From contig OY764162.1 in assembly GCA_963668185.1 (NCBI GenBank), positions 2,452,754 to 2,516,753 on the forward strand: a stretch of DNA of 64,000 nucleotides. The letters run 5' to 3'. The DNA comes from Dehalococcoidia bacterium (GTDB taxonomy: Bacteria > Chloroflexota > Dehalococcoidia > Lucifugimonadales > G963668185). Both the position numbers and the translations under genes were made by a program. Each line of letters opens with the position of its first letter. Position 1 is the stretch's first letter. The notes under the pieces were generated by a model. That model had not been told where the DNA came from and did not search any database. It was given only the letters and a program-made list of their open reading frames with translations. Below are positions 35,929 through 44,407 of this stretch, one piece after another.

Positions 35929-37497
35929 CTATACCGCTATGCGCTCCAGGTCCCGCAGGATCGCGTGCGCCGAGTTGTGGCCCGGCGCCGCCGTCACTTC
36001 GCCGCCGGGGTGGGTGCCCGCCCCGCACATGTAGAAGTTCCGGACTGAGGTCCGGTACGCGAACCTGTTCGCCAGCATCTGGGACGGGATCATGTCGCCG
36101 TGCCGTATGTTGCCGTCCGTGATTCCCACGCGCGTCTCGATGTCGATCGGCGCCTGCACAGACCAGTCGATCAGGCTGTCGCGGAAGTTCGGCGCGTACT
36201 CGGTGATCACGTCGATGATCTGCTCGCCGACAGCGTCCCGCCGCGTCTCCCACGGCTGGTCCACCGGCTCCGCCGGGTAGTACAGGATCCAGTTCGACAT
36301 CACCACTCCGCCGCGCGGCGCGAGGTTCGGGTCCACCAGCGACGGCATCTGGATGTGCATCAGCGGGCAGTCGGTCACCCGCCCCGCGATCGCGTCGTCC
36401 CAGCTCTGCTGGAAGTACTCGACGGACGGGCCGATGCTCACGTTCACGATCTGGTCGCGGTCGTAGTCGTCGCCCAGGTAGCGCGTGAGATCCAGCGGCT
36501 CGCTGAACGCCGCCAGGAACTTGACGCAGTTGGCGTTCGTCTTCCACCGCTTGATCTTCGACTTCGTCGCCTCGTCAACGAACTGCGAGTCCACGAGCGT
36601 GCTGTACGTGCGCTTCGGGTCCGCGTTGGAGACGACGATGAAGCTGCGGATCTCCTCGCCGCTCGCGAGCCTGACGCCCTTCGCCTCGCCGCCCTCGATG
36701 ATCACCTCCTGCACCGGAGCACGCGTCCTGATCTCCGCGCCCAGGTCGCGCACCGACGCGCCGAGCGCCTGCGTGATCGCGCCCATGCTGCCGCGCGGTA
36801 TGCCCTTGTCCTCGGCCCTGCTGAACTGGCTAGCCATGAAGTACGCGTTGCTCATGATGCTGCCGGGCGCAGACGGGTCCGCCTCCGGGATTCCGAGCGA
36901 AGAGGCCCGGACGTTCGGGTGCTCGAAGTGGTCGTCGAGCAGGTCCATGATGCTCCAGGTGAGCATCTTCTCCAGGATCTCCTCCTGCCGCGTGCCCTTG
37001 ACGCTCTCGATCAACTCCGTGACCGTGGGCGGCTCGTCCAGGAAGGTCTTGTGCAGTATGCCCGCCGCCTGCTCCCAGAACGACTGCCACTCGAAGTAGT
37101 TGCGCGCGTCGTTCTCGGAAAACTGCCGGATCTGCTCCGCCGCGTCCAGCGGGCTTTTGATGTGCGGCCCGCCGGTGAACGTGCCGTCCGGGAACGGATG
37201 GATGCCGCTCATCGAAGCCGCGCCGGAGCCGGGCTTGTTCGGGCCCTTGAGCACCTCCAGGCCGTGCTCCTTCAGCTTGAGGTCATCGATGACCTTGCCC
37301 TGGAGCATGTACTGGATGTACGAGCACATCGGGCCGTTGAAGCCCTGCGTGAACTCGTCGGTCGTCGCCGCGCCGCCGATCTTGTCCAGCCGCTCCAGCA
37401 CCAGCACGGAGAGGCCGTCCTTCGCGAGATACCCCGCCGTGGTGAGGCCGTTGTGCCCCGCGCCGATCACTATGGCGTCGTACTGATTGTCTGCCAT
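35929..37497 (-). CDS. NAD(P)/FAD-dependent oxidoreductase, phytoene-desaturase (CrtI-like) family
   Basis: 522 aa. YDAIVIGAGHNGLTTAGYLAKDGLSVLVLERLDKIGG is an amine-oxidase/CrtI-type dinucleotide fold. Confidence 0.8.
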   Translation of the reverse strand: MADNQYDAIVIGAGHNGLTTAGYLAKDGLSVLVLERLDKIGGAATTDEFTQGFNGPMCSYIQYMLQGKVIDDLKLKEHGLEVLKGPNKPGSGAASMSGIHPFPDGTFTGGPHIKSPLDAAEQIRQFSENDARNYFEWQSFWEQAAGILHKTFLDEPPTVTELIESVKGTRQEEILEKMLTWSIMDLLDDHFEHPNVRASSLGIPEADPSAPGSIMSNAYFMASQFSRAEDKGIPRGSMGAITQALGASVRDLGAEIRTRAPVQEVIIEGGEAKGVRLASGEEIRSFIVVSNADPKRTYSTLVDSQFVDEATKSKIKRWKTNANCVKFLAAFSEPLDLTRYLGDDYDRDQIVNVSIGPSVEYFQQSWDDAIAGRVTDCPLMHIQMPSLVDPNLAPRGGVVMSNWILYYPAEPVDQPWETRRDAVGEQIIDVITEYAPNFRDSLIDWSVQAPIDIETRVGITDGNIRHGDMIPSQMLANRFAYRTSVRNFYMCGAGTHPGGEVTAAPGHNSAHAILRDLERIAV

Positions 37498-37666
37498 GCC
37501 GTTTGCCCCCTCGTGTACTGTTATGGACGGCGGACCGCCCTTCTCTCGGCCTGATTATAAGTACGGCGGCAAGGCAAGGTCAATTTCGGCATGTTTGGGG
37601 ACTACGCTTGTAGAGGCTGTGCTAGAGTACTGTTCTACACGGCTGTAAGCAGCAATCGAGGGGATC

Positions 37667-37978
37667 ATGCCAACGACTGCCGGGAAGAAGAGTGAACTCA
37701 TCGAAGGATATCTCACCATGATTGAGGAGCGGGGTGGAGTTCCTGCCTTGATCGAGAGGATGGACGAATATCACCAATGCGTGGACCGGATGATGAGGGA
37801 ACGCGACGCCCTGATGCGAAAACACCCGGACAAGTGGGTTGTAATGGGCAAAGACGGTGTGCTGTCCGTTGGCGATACTCTGGACCAGGTGCTTGAAGAC
37901 GTCGAGGATCGGAGAAGGCGGGGAGTGCAAGTCATGGTCGATTTTCTGGACACAAACCCTCCCGAGTTGATCTTGTGA
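37667..37978 (+). CDS. small DUF5678-like protein (antitoxin-like partner; tentative)
   Basis: 103 aa. The C-terminal half KWVVMGKDGVLSVGDTLDQVLEDV resembles DUF5678. Its stop overlaps the next gene's GTG start (GTGA at 37975-37978). Confidence 0.5.
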   Translation: MPTTAGKKSELIEGYLTMIEERGGVPALIERMDEYHQCVDRMMRERDALMRKHPDKWVVMGKDGVLSVGDTLDQVLEDVEDRRRRGVQVMVDFLDTNPPELIL

Positions 37979-38406
37979 TCACAGGCAGGTTCGATTCTCA
38001 GGGCCGACCATACGTGGAGAGCCGCCTTGTAATCCCGCGCTTGGGCGTCGATGAAAGCGTCGTTTTCCTGGTTGACACAGGGGCAAGCTATACGTGCCTG
38101 CACCCGTGGGATGCCAGAGTCGCTGGGATTCCCTTCGAACGACTTCGCGATATGTCCATCTCCCGCGGAGTCGGTGGCAGTGCGCGATACTTTCGGGAAC
38201 CTGCCGTGCTGTCGTTCACCGATGAACGACTGAGAAGACTGTATGAGATAGACCTGCTGATCGCAGAGCCGCATGAGCGCGGTGAAGGATTGCCATCCCT
38301 GCTCGGGCGGGACGTCATCAATCATTGGTACATGCACTACGATCCATCGAATGAGAGCCTTCGGTTTGAGGTGCGCCGCACCGACTTGACCCTCAGCTTA
38401 TCGTGA
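37975..38406 (+). CDS. retropepsin-like (clan AA) aspartic protease
   Basis: 143 aa. FLVDTGASYTCL carries the D-T-G-A active-site signature. The size and layout match single-domain bacterial/archaeal retropepsin-like proteins. Confidence 0.65.
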   Translation: MITGRFDSQGRPYVESRLVIPRLGVDESVVFLVDTGASYTCLHPWDARVAGIPFERLRDMSISRGVGGSARYFREPAVLSFTDERLRRLYEIDLLIAEPHERGEGLPSLLGRDVINHWYMHYDPSNESLRFEVRRTDLTLSLS

Positions 38407-38547
38407 CCGCCGCCTGCGGTTCCGGTTCGTTCGCCCTGAGCTTGTCGAAGGGCCGCCCCAATTCGTGTACCCTATGCTCGTCCGCATGGCGATGGCCTCG
38501 CTCGCAGACCATCGCCGGGACATGAACCCACTGATTCGGAGGCAACA

Positions 38548-39744
38548 ATGGCACAGGTTGACGGCGCAGAGGTAGTAATCATCGGAGCCGGCGTTACGGG
38601 GCTTGCCTCGGCCTGGTTCCTTGCCAAGTCCGGCGTGGACGTGATCGTGATCGAAAAGGGCGTCATCGGCTACGAGGCGTCCAGCCGCAACGGCGGCATA
38701 TGCGCCTACCACCGCGGCGTGGAGCCGAAGGGCCTCATGGGCTACGAGGAGACCAGGCTCTGGCACACGCTGGAGGAGGAGCTCGGCTATCCGCTGGAGT
38801 TCGTGCGCGGCAACATCGGCGTCGCGCTCGATGAAGAGGACTTCGAGCTGGTGAAGCGCGGCGTCGAGCGGACGAACAGCATGGGCTGGCGCACCGAGGT
38901 CATGGACGCCGACACGATCAAGAAGCACATGCCAATCGTCAGCCCCACCGTCGCGGGCGGGCGGTACGACCCCGACTCCGGCCACGCCAACCCGCAGCGC
39001 ACCGTGCAGGCGTACGCGTGGGCCGCGCAGGACCACGGCGCGCGCATCTACCAGCACACCACCGTCACCGGCTTCAAGGTCGAGGGCGACAAGGTCATCT
39101 CCGTTGAGACCGACAAGGGCGACTTCGGGTGCAGCTTCGTCGTCAACTCCGCCGGCCCGCAGGTCGGCGTGCTCACGGACATGGTCGGCGGCTTCATCCC
39201 GCTAGCGCAGGGCAGGGTGGAGATCATCGTCACCGTGCCCATGGAGCGCATGTGGCGCGGCGCCGTCAGCGGCAACGGGCTGTACGGCCGCCAGACCGAG
39301 CGCGGCAACCTCGCGTACGGCGGCGGCAACCAGGAGTGGGTCGAGGTGGACAACGCCACGCCGGAAAAGCCGAACACGCCGCTGATCCGCAACGTAGGCC
39401 GCAGGCTCATGGAGCTATTCTCCGGCGCGCAGGACATCCCGGTTCTCCGCAGTTGGTGCTGCGTCGTCGAGTGGACGCCCGACGGCAACCCCGTCATCGA
39501 CACCCTGGACGATCCGAGCAACTTCGTGATCGCCACGGCATCGGGCGACGGCTTCGGACTCTCGCCCGCCCACGGCAAGGCCGTCAGCGACCTCGTGATG
39601 CACGGCGAGTCCACGCTGCCGCTCGAAGGCTACAGCCTCGGCAGGTTCGCCGGCGTCGGGCGCAACTGGCGCGAGGAGTACGAGTGGATCGCCGGCACCG
39701 GCCAGGGCGGCGAATACGGCTCAGGCCAGGGCGCCGCGTACTAG
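38548..39744 (+). CDS. FAD-dependent oxidoreductase (DAO family; sarcosine/glycine oxidase-like)
   Basis: 398 aa with VVIIGAGVTGLASAWFLAKSGVDVIVIEK...SSRNGG. Its last 43 codons plus stop are duplicated at 40271-40403. Confidence 0.85.
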   Translation: MAQVDGAEVVIIGAGVTGLASAWFLAKSGVDVIVIEKGVIGYEASSRNGGICAYHRGVEPKGLMGYEETRLWHTLEEELGYPLEFVRGNIGVALDEEDFELVKRGVERTNSMGWRTEVMDADTIKKHMPIVSPTVAGGRYDPDSGHANPQRTVQAYAWAAQDHGARIYQHTTVTGFKVEGDKVISVETDKGDFGCSFVVNSAGPQVGVLTDMVGGFIPLAQGRVEIIVTVPMERMWRGAVSGNGLYGRQTERGNLAYGGGNQEWVEVDNATPEKPNTPLIRNVGRRLMELFSGAQDIPVLRSWCCVVEWTPDGNPVIDTLDDPSNFVIATASGDGFGLSPAHGKAVSDLVMHGESTLPLEGYSLGRFAGVGRNWREEYEWIAGTGQGGEYGSGQGAAY

Positions 39745-39745
39745 G
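39613..39745. repeat. 133-bp direct repeat, copy 1 (3' end of the DAO-family gene)
   Basis: It is identical to 40271-40403 apart from one mismatch (GGCGAATAC versus GGCGAGTAC). Confidence 0.9.
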
Positions 39746-39785
39746 CGGCAGCGTTCTCGTATAGGGCATCCGGAGTTGGTCGCAG

Positions 39786-40235
39786 ATGCTTAAGGTCGGC
39801 GCTCAGGCGCCGGACTTCTCCGTTGTGCTTGGCTCCGGGGAGCGATTCACCCTTTCGGAGCACATCGGCCGTAACGTCGTGCTCTTCTTCTTTCCCCGAG
39901 CGTTCACATACGGCTGTACTGCCGAGGTCAAGGACTTCAGCGATCATCTCCACGAATTCAGGGAGGGCGACGCCGAGGTCGTCGGAATTAGCGGCGACTC
40001 GGTGGACAGAATGAGGAGGTTCGGCGAAGCGACGGGCACGCAGTTTGGGCTTGGAAGTGATGAGTCGGCCCAAGTCAGACGCCTATATGATGTTCAACGC
40101 AGGTTTAGACTGGGAACTTCCCGGATCACGTATGTGATAGACCGCAGGGGGACGATCCGTGGAGTGTTCCACGATGAGATCAGGATGGCGGCGCACGTCA
40201 GAAACGCCCTCCGAACAATAGAGGAAGTCGGTTAG
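39786..40235 (+). CDS. bcp: peroxiredoxin (Bcp/AhpC-TSA family)
   Basis: 149 aa. MLKVGAQAPDFSV...VVLFFFPRAFTYGCTAE carries the peroxidatic Cys context. Confidence 0.85.
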   Translation: MLKVGAQAPDFSVVLGSGERFTLSEHIGRNVVLFFFPRAFTYGCTAEVKDFSDHLHEFREGDAEVVGISGDSVDRMRRFGEATGTQFGLGSDESAQVRRLYDVQRRFRLGTSRITYVIDRRGTIRGVFHDEIRMAAHVRNALRTIEEVG

Positions 40236-40270
40236 ACCCGGACAGCCCGCGGGCCGCCTCCACGCGGCGG

Positions 40271-40403
40271 ACGCTGCCGCTCGAAGGCTACAGCCTCGGC
40301 AGGTTCGCCGGCGTCGGGCGCAACTGGCGCGAGGAGTACGAGTGGATCGCCGGCACCGGCCAGGGCGGCGAGTACGGCTCAGGCCAGGGCGCCGCGTACT
40401 AGG
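40271..40403. repeat. 133-bp direct repeat, copy 2 (orphan duplicate of the last 43 codons plus stop of the DAO-family gene)
   Basis: See copy 1. No start codon or upstream coding context exists, so it is a gene fragment. Confidence 0.9.
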
Positions 40404-40564
40404 GGGCGAGCGAGGGCGCGTTTGCGGGTAGTCGGTCTCGTGGTGTACCATTACTAGAACTCCTGTATCTTAAAGTGGCCGGACGCATGAATGCGACATC
40501 CGTTGGGCTAATGTCCGGAGAGCGTGAACGGTTGCGGACGCAGTGAAAGCGGAGGCAGGTTGCT

Positions 40565-40765
40565 ATGGATCAGAATGAGCGGGACGATACTAACGAAGAG
40601 AAAACGACGGTGGATGTACTCCTGATGCCCAACGACGGAACAGCTTCCAGCTGGCTTGAAAAGCTCGAAAGGGTCAAGAAGGTCAAAGACTTGCGCCGAG
40701 CCCGACAGGCTGCCAGGAAAGGCAAGCCGATAACGCTCACGGGTCGTTGGGCCGGCGGCCTATGA
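40565..40765 (+). CDS. small hypothetical protein translationally coupled to the SDH-family protease
   Basis: 66 aa, acidic N-terminus and basic C-terminus. Its stop overlaps the downstream ATG (ATGA at 40762-40765). The SD-like sequence GGAGG lies upstream. Confidence 0.4.
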   Translation: MDQNERDDTNEEKTTVDVLLMPNDGTASSWLEKLERVKKVKDLRRARQAARKGKPITLTGRWAGGL

Positions 40766-41643
40766 CTGAAGACGATCCAACGGGCAGCAATCTATTGCCG
40801 CGGCAAAGCCCGCTCTATCACGCTCAACGAGCAGGACAGTACGCCCGGCAAGAGTTGATTCGTCAGTACGAGCAGAAGTACTCATGCCGCTTGGTGGTAA
40901 TGATTGCTCCGATCATTCGGAGGGGAGTTACGCTGTTTGAGGAGCTCGTCTTTGACGCCAACCCTGACGAGGATCTTCACGTGCTGCTGCATTCGCCTGG
41001 GGGACAGGGGGAAGTAGCGATCCGCATTCTGCGCGCTGCTCAGTCTAGATGCAATCACTTGACAGTAATCGTCCCCGATCAAGCTAAGAGCGCCGCGACT
41101 CTGTTGGCCTTGGGTGCACACCACATCATGATGGGGCCTGCCAGCGACCTTGGCCCAGTTGACCCACAATTCTATATCGGAGGGGAGTGGGTTGCCGCAA
41201 AGGACATAATCGCCGCTGTTGACGACGCGGCGGTGAGAGTTATGGAGTCGCCAGAGACCTACTCAGTGTACGCTCCTCTGCTGGAGGATATCACGGCAGT
41301 TATGCTCCAACAGGCGCGCTCGGCGCTGCAAGGGACCTCGGATCTGCTGGAAGAGGCTCTCAAAAGCAATTCGAATCGTAGTTCTCAAGATGTATCCAGG
41401 CTCACGACTAACCTGATGGGACCGATGATTGAGAGGAATCCGACGCATTCAGCCCTATTCAGTGCGGATCATGCTATAGAAGCCGGTCTTCCAGTCATCT
41501 CTATGACCCCCTCGAACTATCAATGGCAACTCATCTGGCGGTTGTGGACGAAGTACTTCGCGCTGGGTTCAAGGCTCTATACGGGGATTTACGAAGGCTC
41601 TGTAGCGTCTCAGATCGGCACCGACCCCATTGATGGTACTTAA
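40762..41643 (+). CDS. SDH-family Clp-fold serine proteinase (tentative)
   Basis: The track ORF starts with TTG at 40747. I prefer ATG at 40762. LHSPGGQGEVAIRILRAAQSR...VPDQAKSAATLLALGAHHIMMGPASDLGPVDPQ resembles the ClpP/SppA-like fold of the 'serine dehydrogenase proteinase' family, with the nucleophile Ser in AKSAAT. Confidence 0.6.
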   Translation: MTEDDPTGSNLLPRQSPLYHAQRAGQYARQELIRQYEQKYSCRLVVMIAPIIRRGVTLFEELVFDANPDEDLHVLLHSPGGQGEVAIRILRAAQSRCNHLTVIVPDQAKSAATLLALGAHHIMMGPASDLGPVDPQFYIGGEWVAAKDIIAAVDDAAVRVMESPETYSVYAPLLEDITAVMLQQARSALQGTSDLLEEALKSNSNRSSQDVSRLTTNLMGPMIERNPTHSALFSADHAIEAGLPVISMTPSNYQWQLIWRLWTKYFALGSRLYTGIYEGSVASQIGTDPIDGT

Positions 41644-41703
41644 GCAGGCACCCCTGAACCGTCGGCTTTCGTCCTGTGTGGGACTGTTCTAACTAACGCT
41701 CGA

Positions 41704-42390
41704 TTAACACGCTGCGTCTTCTTCAGGTGGAGTTTGGTCGATAATGAACCATTGCGTAGCTTGGCTACCGACGTAACGAGTCAGGCTGTAGTTGACCCCA
41801 CCGCCAATCACGACACCAATACCAAAAGGCATGACCTTCTCAATCGCCTTTCTAGTGAACGTCACGCCAATACGCTTGAATAGCTGTTTGATTGTCTGTA
41901 ATGCCGTCCCCTTCAAGTACTGGCGCAACATGCGCACACCAGCTTTGGAAGCAAGGTTCGCCGCCAGTGGCGTTCCTCTGTTCTCAAGAGTGCCTGTCGC
42001 CGCAATAAGGAACACGAGATGGCGCACGTCCTCTGACGTTACGTCGTATCCGAATACACAGGCTAGGCATTTGCACATGTCTACTTGGAGTTTCATACAT
42101 ACTGCGGTGTCGGCTACACCACCGCCCATCGCTGCAATAACGGTTCCGAGGCCCGGAATAACTCCTGATAGTCCTGTAGCTCCACCTACCACTCCCGCAA
42201 GCTGAGCGTACCGCTTCACTATCCGGTCGGCGGCTCGCAATCGATGCGCCCAATCTGAGTCATTGCGGTACTTGCTCTCGCTCTGGGAGAGATACTGCTC
42301 CGCAATAGCAGATGCATCTTCATCTGATATCGTAATCGCTTCAACCGCCCTTAACAGAAGCGAGCCTTTATCTTCGCTAGATTCAGTCAT
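41704..42390 (-). CDS. EcsC-family-like protein (tentative)
   Basis: 228 aa with Gly-rich amphipathic segments (GVVGGATGLSGVIPGLGTVIAAMGGGVADT) reminiscent of EcsC family proteins. This is a low-certainty family call. Confidence 0.4.
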   Translation of the reverse strand: MTESSEDKGSLLLRAVEAITISDEDASAIAEQYLSQSESKYRNDSDWAHRLRAADRIVKRYAQLAGVVGGATGLSGVIPGLGTVIAAMGGGVADTAVCMKLQVDMCKCLACVFGYDVTSEDVRHLVFLIAATGTLENRGTPLAANLASKAGVRMLRQYLKGTALQTIKQLFKRIGVTFTRKAIEKVMPFGIGVVIGGGVNYSLTRYVGSQATQWFIIDQTPPEEDAAC

Positions 42391-42538
42391 TCCCTTTCTA
42401 ATATCCTTATGGCATTGTCAATAGTGTCTCTATTGAACAAAGACCGTATGACTCCGGGATTATAGCAGGCGCGACCAGCGGCTCTGAGCCTATAATGCGG
42501 TCCAATAGACAAAGAGGCCCCACCAGGACGGACCTGCC

Positions 42539-43693
42539 ATGAAAATAGTTCTCGCGCCCGACTCTTACAAAGGCAGCATGACCGCACGCGTCGTCGCTGA
42601 GGCGATGCGCGAGGGCGTGCTGCGCGTCGTGCCGGACGCCGACACGGTGCTCGTACCCGTCGCGGACGGCGGCGACGGCACGCTGGAGACGCTGGTGGAC
42701 AGCACGGGCGGCGCCGTCGAGACGGCCACCGTGACCGGGCCGCTCGGCGAGCCTGTCTCCGCCGGGTGGGGCGCGCTCGGCGACGGCAACACCGCCCTCG
42801 TGGAGATGGCCCGCACCTCCGGCCTCGCCATGGCGCCCCCAGACCGCCGTGATCCGCGCGTCACGACCACCTACGGCCTCGGCGAAGTGATTCGCGCCGC
42901 GCTGGACGCCGGCTATCGCAGCTTCGTCATCGGCATCGGCGGCAGCGCGACCAACGACGCCGGCGCAGGCATGGCGCAGGCCCTCGGCGCGCGCCTGCTC
43001 GACGCCAACGGCGCAGACCTGCCGTTCGGCGGCGCGGCGCTAGCGTCGCTCGACAGGATCGACCTCGGCGGCCTGGACCCGCGCATCGCCGAGTCGGACG
43101 TGGTCGTCGCGTGCGATGTCTCGAACCCGCTGTGCGGGCCCAGCGGCGCGTCCGCCGTTTACGGCCCGCAGAAGGGCGCCACCCCTGAAATGGTGGAAGA
43201 GTTGGACGCCGCGCTCCGGAACTTCGCCGCCGTCGTAGAGCGCGATGTCGGGGCGGCGGTCCGGGACGTGCCCGGCGCCGGCGCGGCCGGCGGCCTCGGC
43301 GGAGGCCTCATCGCGTTCCTGGGAGGCCGGCTCGAACGCGGCGTGGACATCGTGCTAGGCGTGCTCAAGCTGGAGGAACGCCTCGAAGGCGCTGACCTCG
43401 TCATCACGGGCGAGGGCTGCATGGACTTCCAGACCGTCTTCGACAAGGCCCCGGTCGGCGTCGCCCGCCGCGCCGCCAGGCTCGGCATCCCCGTCATCGC
43501 CGTCTCCGGCTCGCACGGCGAAGGCTTCCACGAAGTCCACGACCACGGCATCGCCGCCGCCGCGCCCATCGTTTGCCAGCCCATGACCCTAGAAGAATCG
43601 TCCGAGCGTGGCCCCGAGCTAGTCGCCCAGGCCACCGAAGAAGCCCTCCGCTTCATGCGCCTCGGCGCAAGGGTGTTCGGCAGCGCAGGCTGA
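42539..43693 (+). CDS. glycerate kinase
   Basis: 384 aa. MKIVLAPDSYKGSMTA...VPVADGGDGT...GIGGSATNDAGAGM is a hallmark of the glycerate kinase family. Confidence 0.9.
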   Translation: MKIVLAPDSYKGSMTARVVAEAMREGVLRVVPDADTVLVPVADGGDGTLETLVDSTGGAVETATVTGPLGEPVSAGWGALGDGNTALVEMARTSGLAMAPPDRRDPRVTTTYGLGEVIRAALDAGYRSFVIGIGGSATNDAGAGMAQALGARLLDANGADLPFGGAALASLDRIDLGGLDPRIAESDVVVACDVSNPLCGPSGASAVYGPQKGATPEMVEELDAALRNFAAVVERDVGAAVRDVPGAGAAGGLGGGLIAFLGGRLERGVDIVLGVLKLEERLEGADLVITGEGCMDFQTVFDKAPVGVARRAARLGIPVIAVSGSHGEGFHEVHDHGIAAAAPIVCQPMTLEESSERGPELVAQATEEALRFMRLGARVFGSAG

Positions 43694-43722
43694 CGTCTCT
43701 CTAAAGAGACAGCCCGCCTTCA

Positions 43723-43756
43723 CCTGTCATTCCTGCGCAGGCGGGAATCCATCCGC
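43723..43756. repeat. REP-B element, reverse orientation
   Basis: CCTGTCATTCCTGCGCAGGCGGGAATCCATCCGC. Confidence 0.8.
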
Positions 43757-43792
43757 GCCGCCGCCGGCAGGACAAGGCCCCCGAGGCGTCAG

Positions 43793-44164
43793 TTACGCCT
43801 GCGCTCCGTTCTTCTGCTCATCGAGGAGCTTTCGAAGTTCCTCGGCAGTGAAGGCGCGCCCGGGATGGGCTTCCATGATCCGGAGGACATCGGCCCGTCC
43901 TTCCTCCAGACCTTTCTGCCGGTCGTACTCACGCAACTTTTTCTTGAATGCCTCGGCCAGCATGGTCCATCCCTCCGTCATTGTGTACACGGCTATCGCG
44001 GAGACTACCCAGAGCGGCTGAACGTCCCGCCCGATAGCTACGATGGTATCCCACGCGCCGTCTCCAGTCTGCACGGCGACTTCTCTGTACGTTACCACGC
44101 CCAGACTCAAGAGCGCGAGGGCAAGGAACAGCGCCCAAGCATACAGTTCACGGAATATGGGCAT
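43793..44164 (-). CDS. hypothetical membrane protein
   Basis: 123 aa with two predicted TM helices followed by a charged helical tail. Confidence 0.45.
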   Translation of the reverse strand: MPIFRELYAWALFLALALLSLGVVTYREVAVQTGDGAWDTIVAIGRDVQPLWVVSAIAVYTMTEGWTMLAEAFKKKLREYDRQKGLEEGRADVLRIMEAHPGRAFTAEELRKLLDEQKNGAQA

Positions 44165-44182
44165 GGCCCCATCCCCTTCTAA

Positions 44183-44407
44183 GGGCAGGTTTCAAACCTG
44201 CCTCTACGGTTGTTATTTGTGCGGCGCCGGGGCGGATGGATTCCGGCCTTCGCCGGAATGACGGCGGCGTGGGTAGCGCGTGGTAGAGGCGGGTTTGAAA
44301 CCCGCCTCTACGGTGGTTGTTTGTGCGGTTACGTGCGGCGGCGTGCCGGCGGGGCGGATGGATTCCCGCCTTCGCGGGAATGACGGGAGGAAGCGCGGGA
44401 ATGACGG
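44183..44407. repeat. composite repeat (REP-F hairpin + REP-B) present twice in tandem
   Basis: REP-F lies at 44183-44207 (GGGCAGGTTTCAAACCTGCCTCTAC) and 44283-44311 (GTAGAGGCGGGTTTGAAACCCGCCTCTAC). Each is followed about 25-45 nt later by REP-B (44231-44264; 44353-44386 plus a half-site to 44407). The second REP-B is inside the 3' end of the GLUG-protein ORF. Confidence 0.85.

Larger units (their letters stand above)
40440..42530. other. lower-GC island (small ORF, SDH/Clp-fold protease, EcsC-like protein)
   Basis: It is visibly AT-richer than the flanks. One hand-counted 60-nt line (41401-41460) is about 52% GC. It starts just after copy 2 of the 133-bp repeat and ends at the glycerate kinase start. 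Confidence 0.6.

Noticed and set aside
35873-36547. 5' extension of the 406-aa ORF 35327-36547
   Set aside because: The upstream 225 codons are Arg/Pro/Gly-rich and overlap the well-supported CrtI-like gene on the same strand in another frame. The Uma2 homology begins at the ATG at 35872.
40271-40403. Second copy of the DAO-gene 3' end as an independent small gene
   Set aside because: No start codon or ribosome-binding site precedes the reading frame. It is a duplicated fragment (see the direct-repeat finding).
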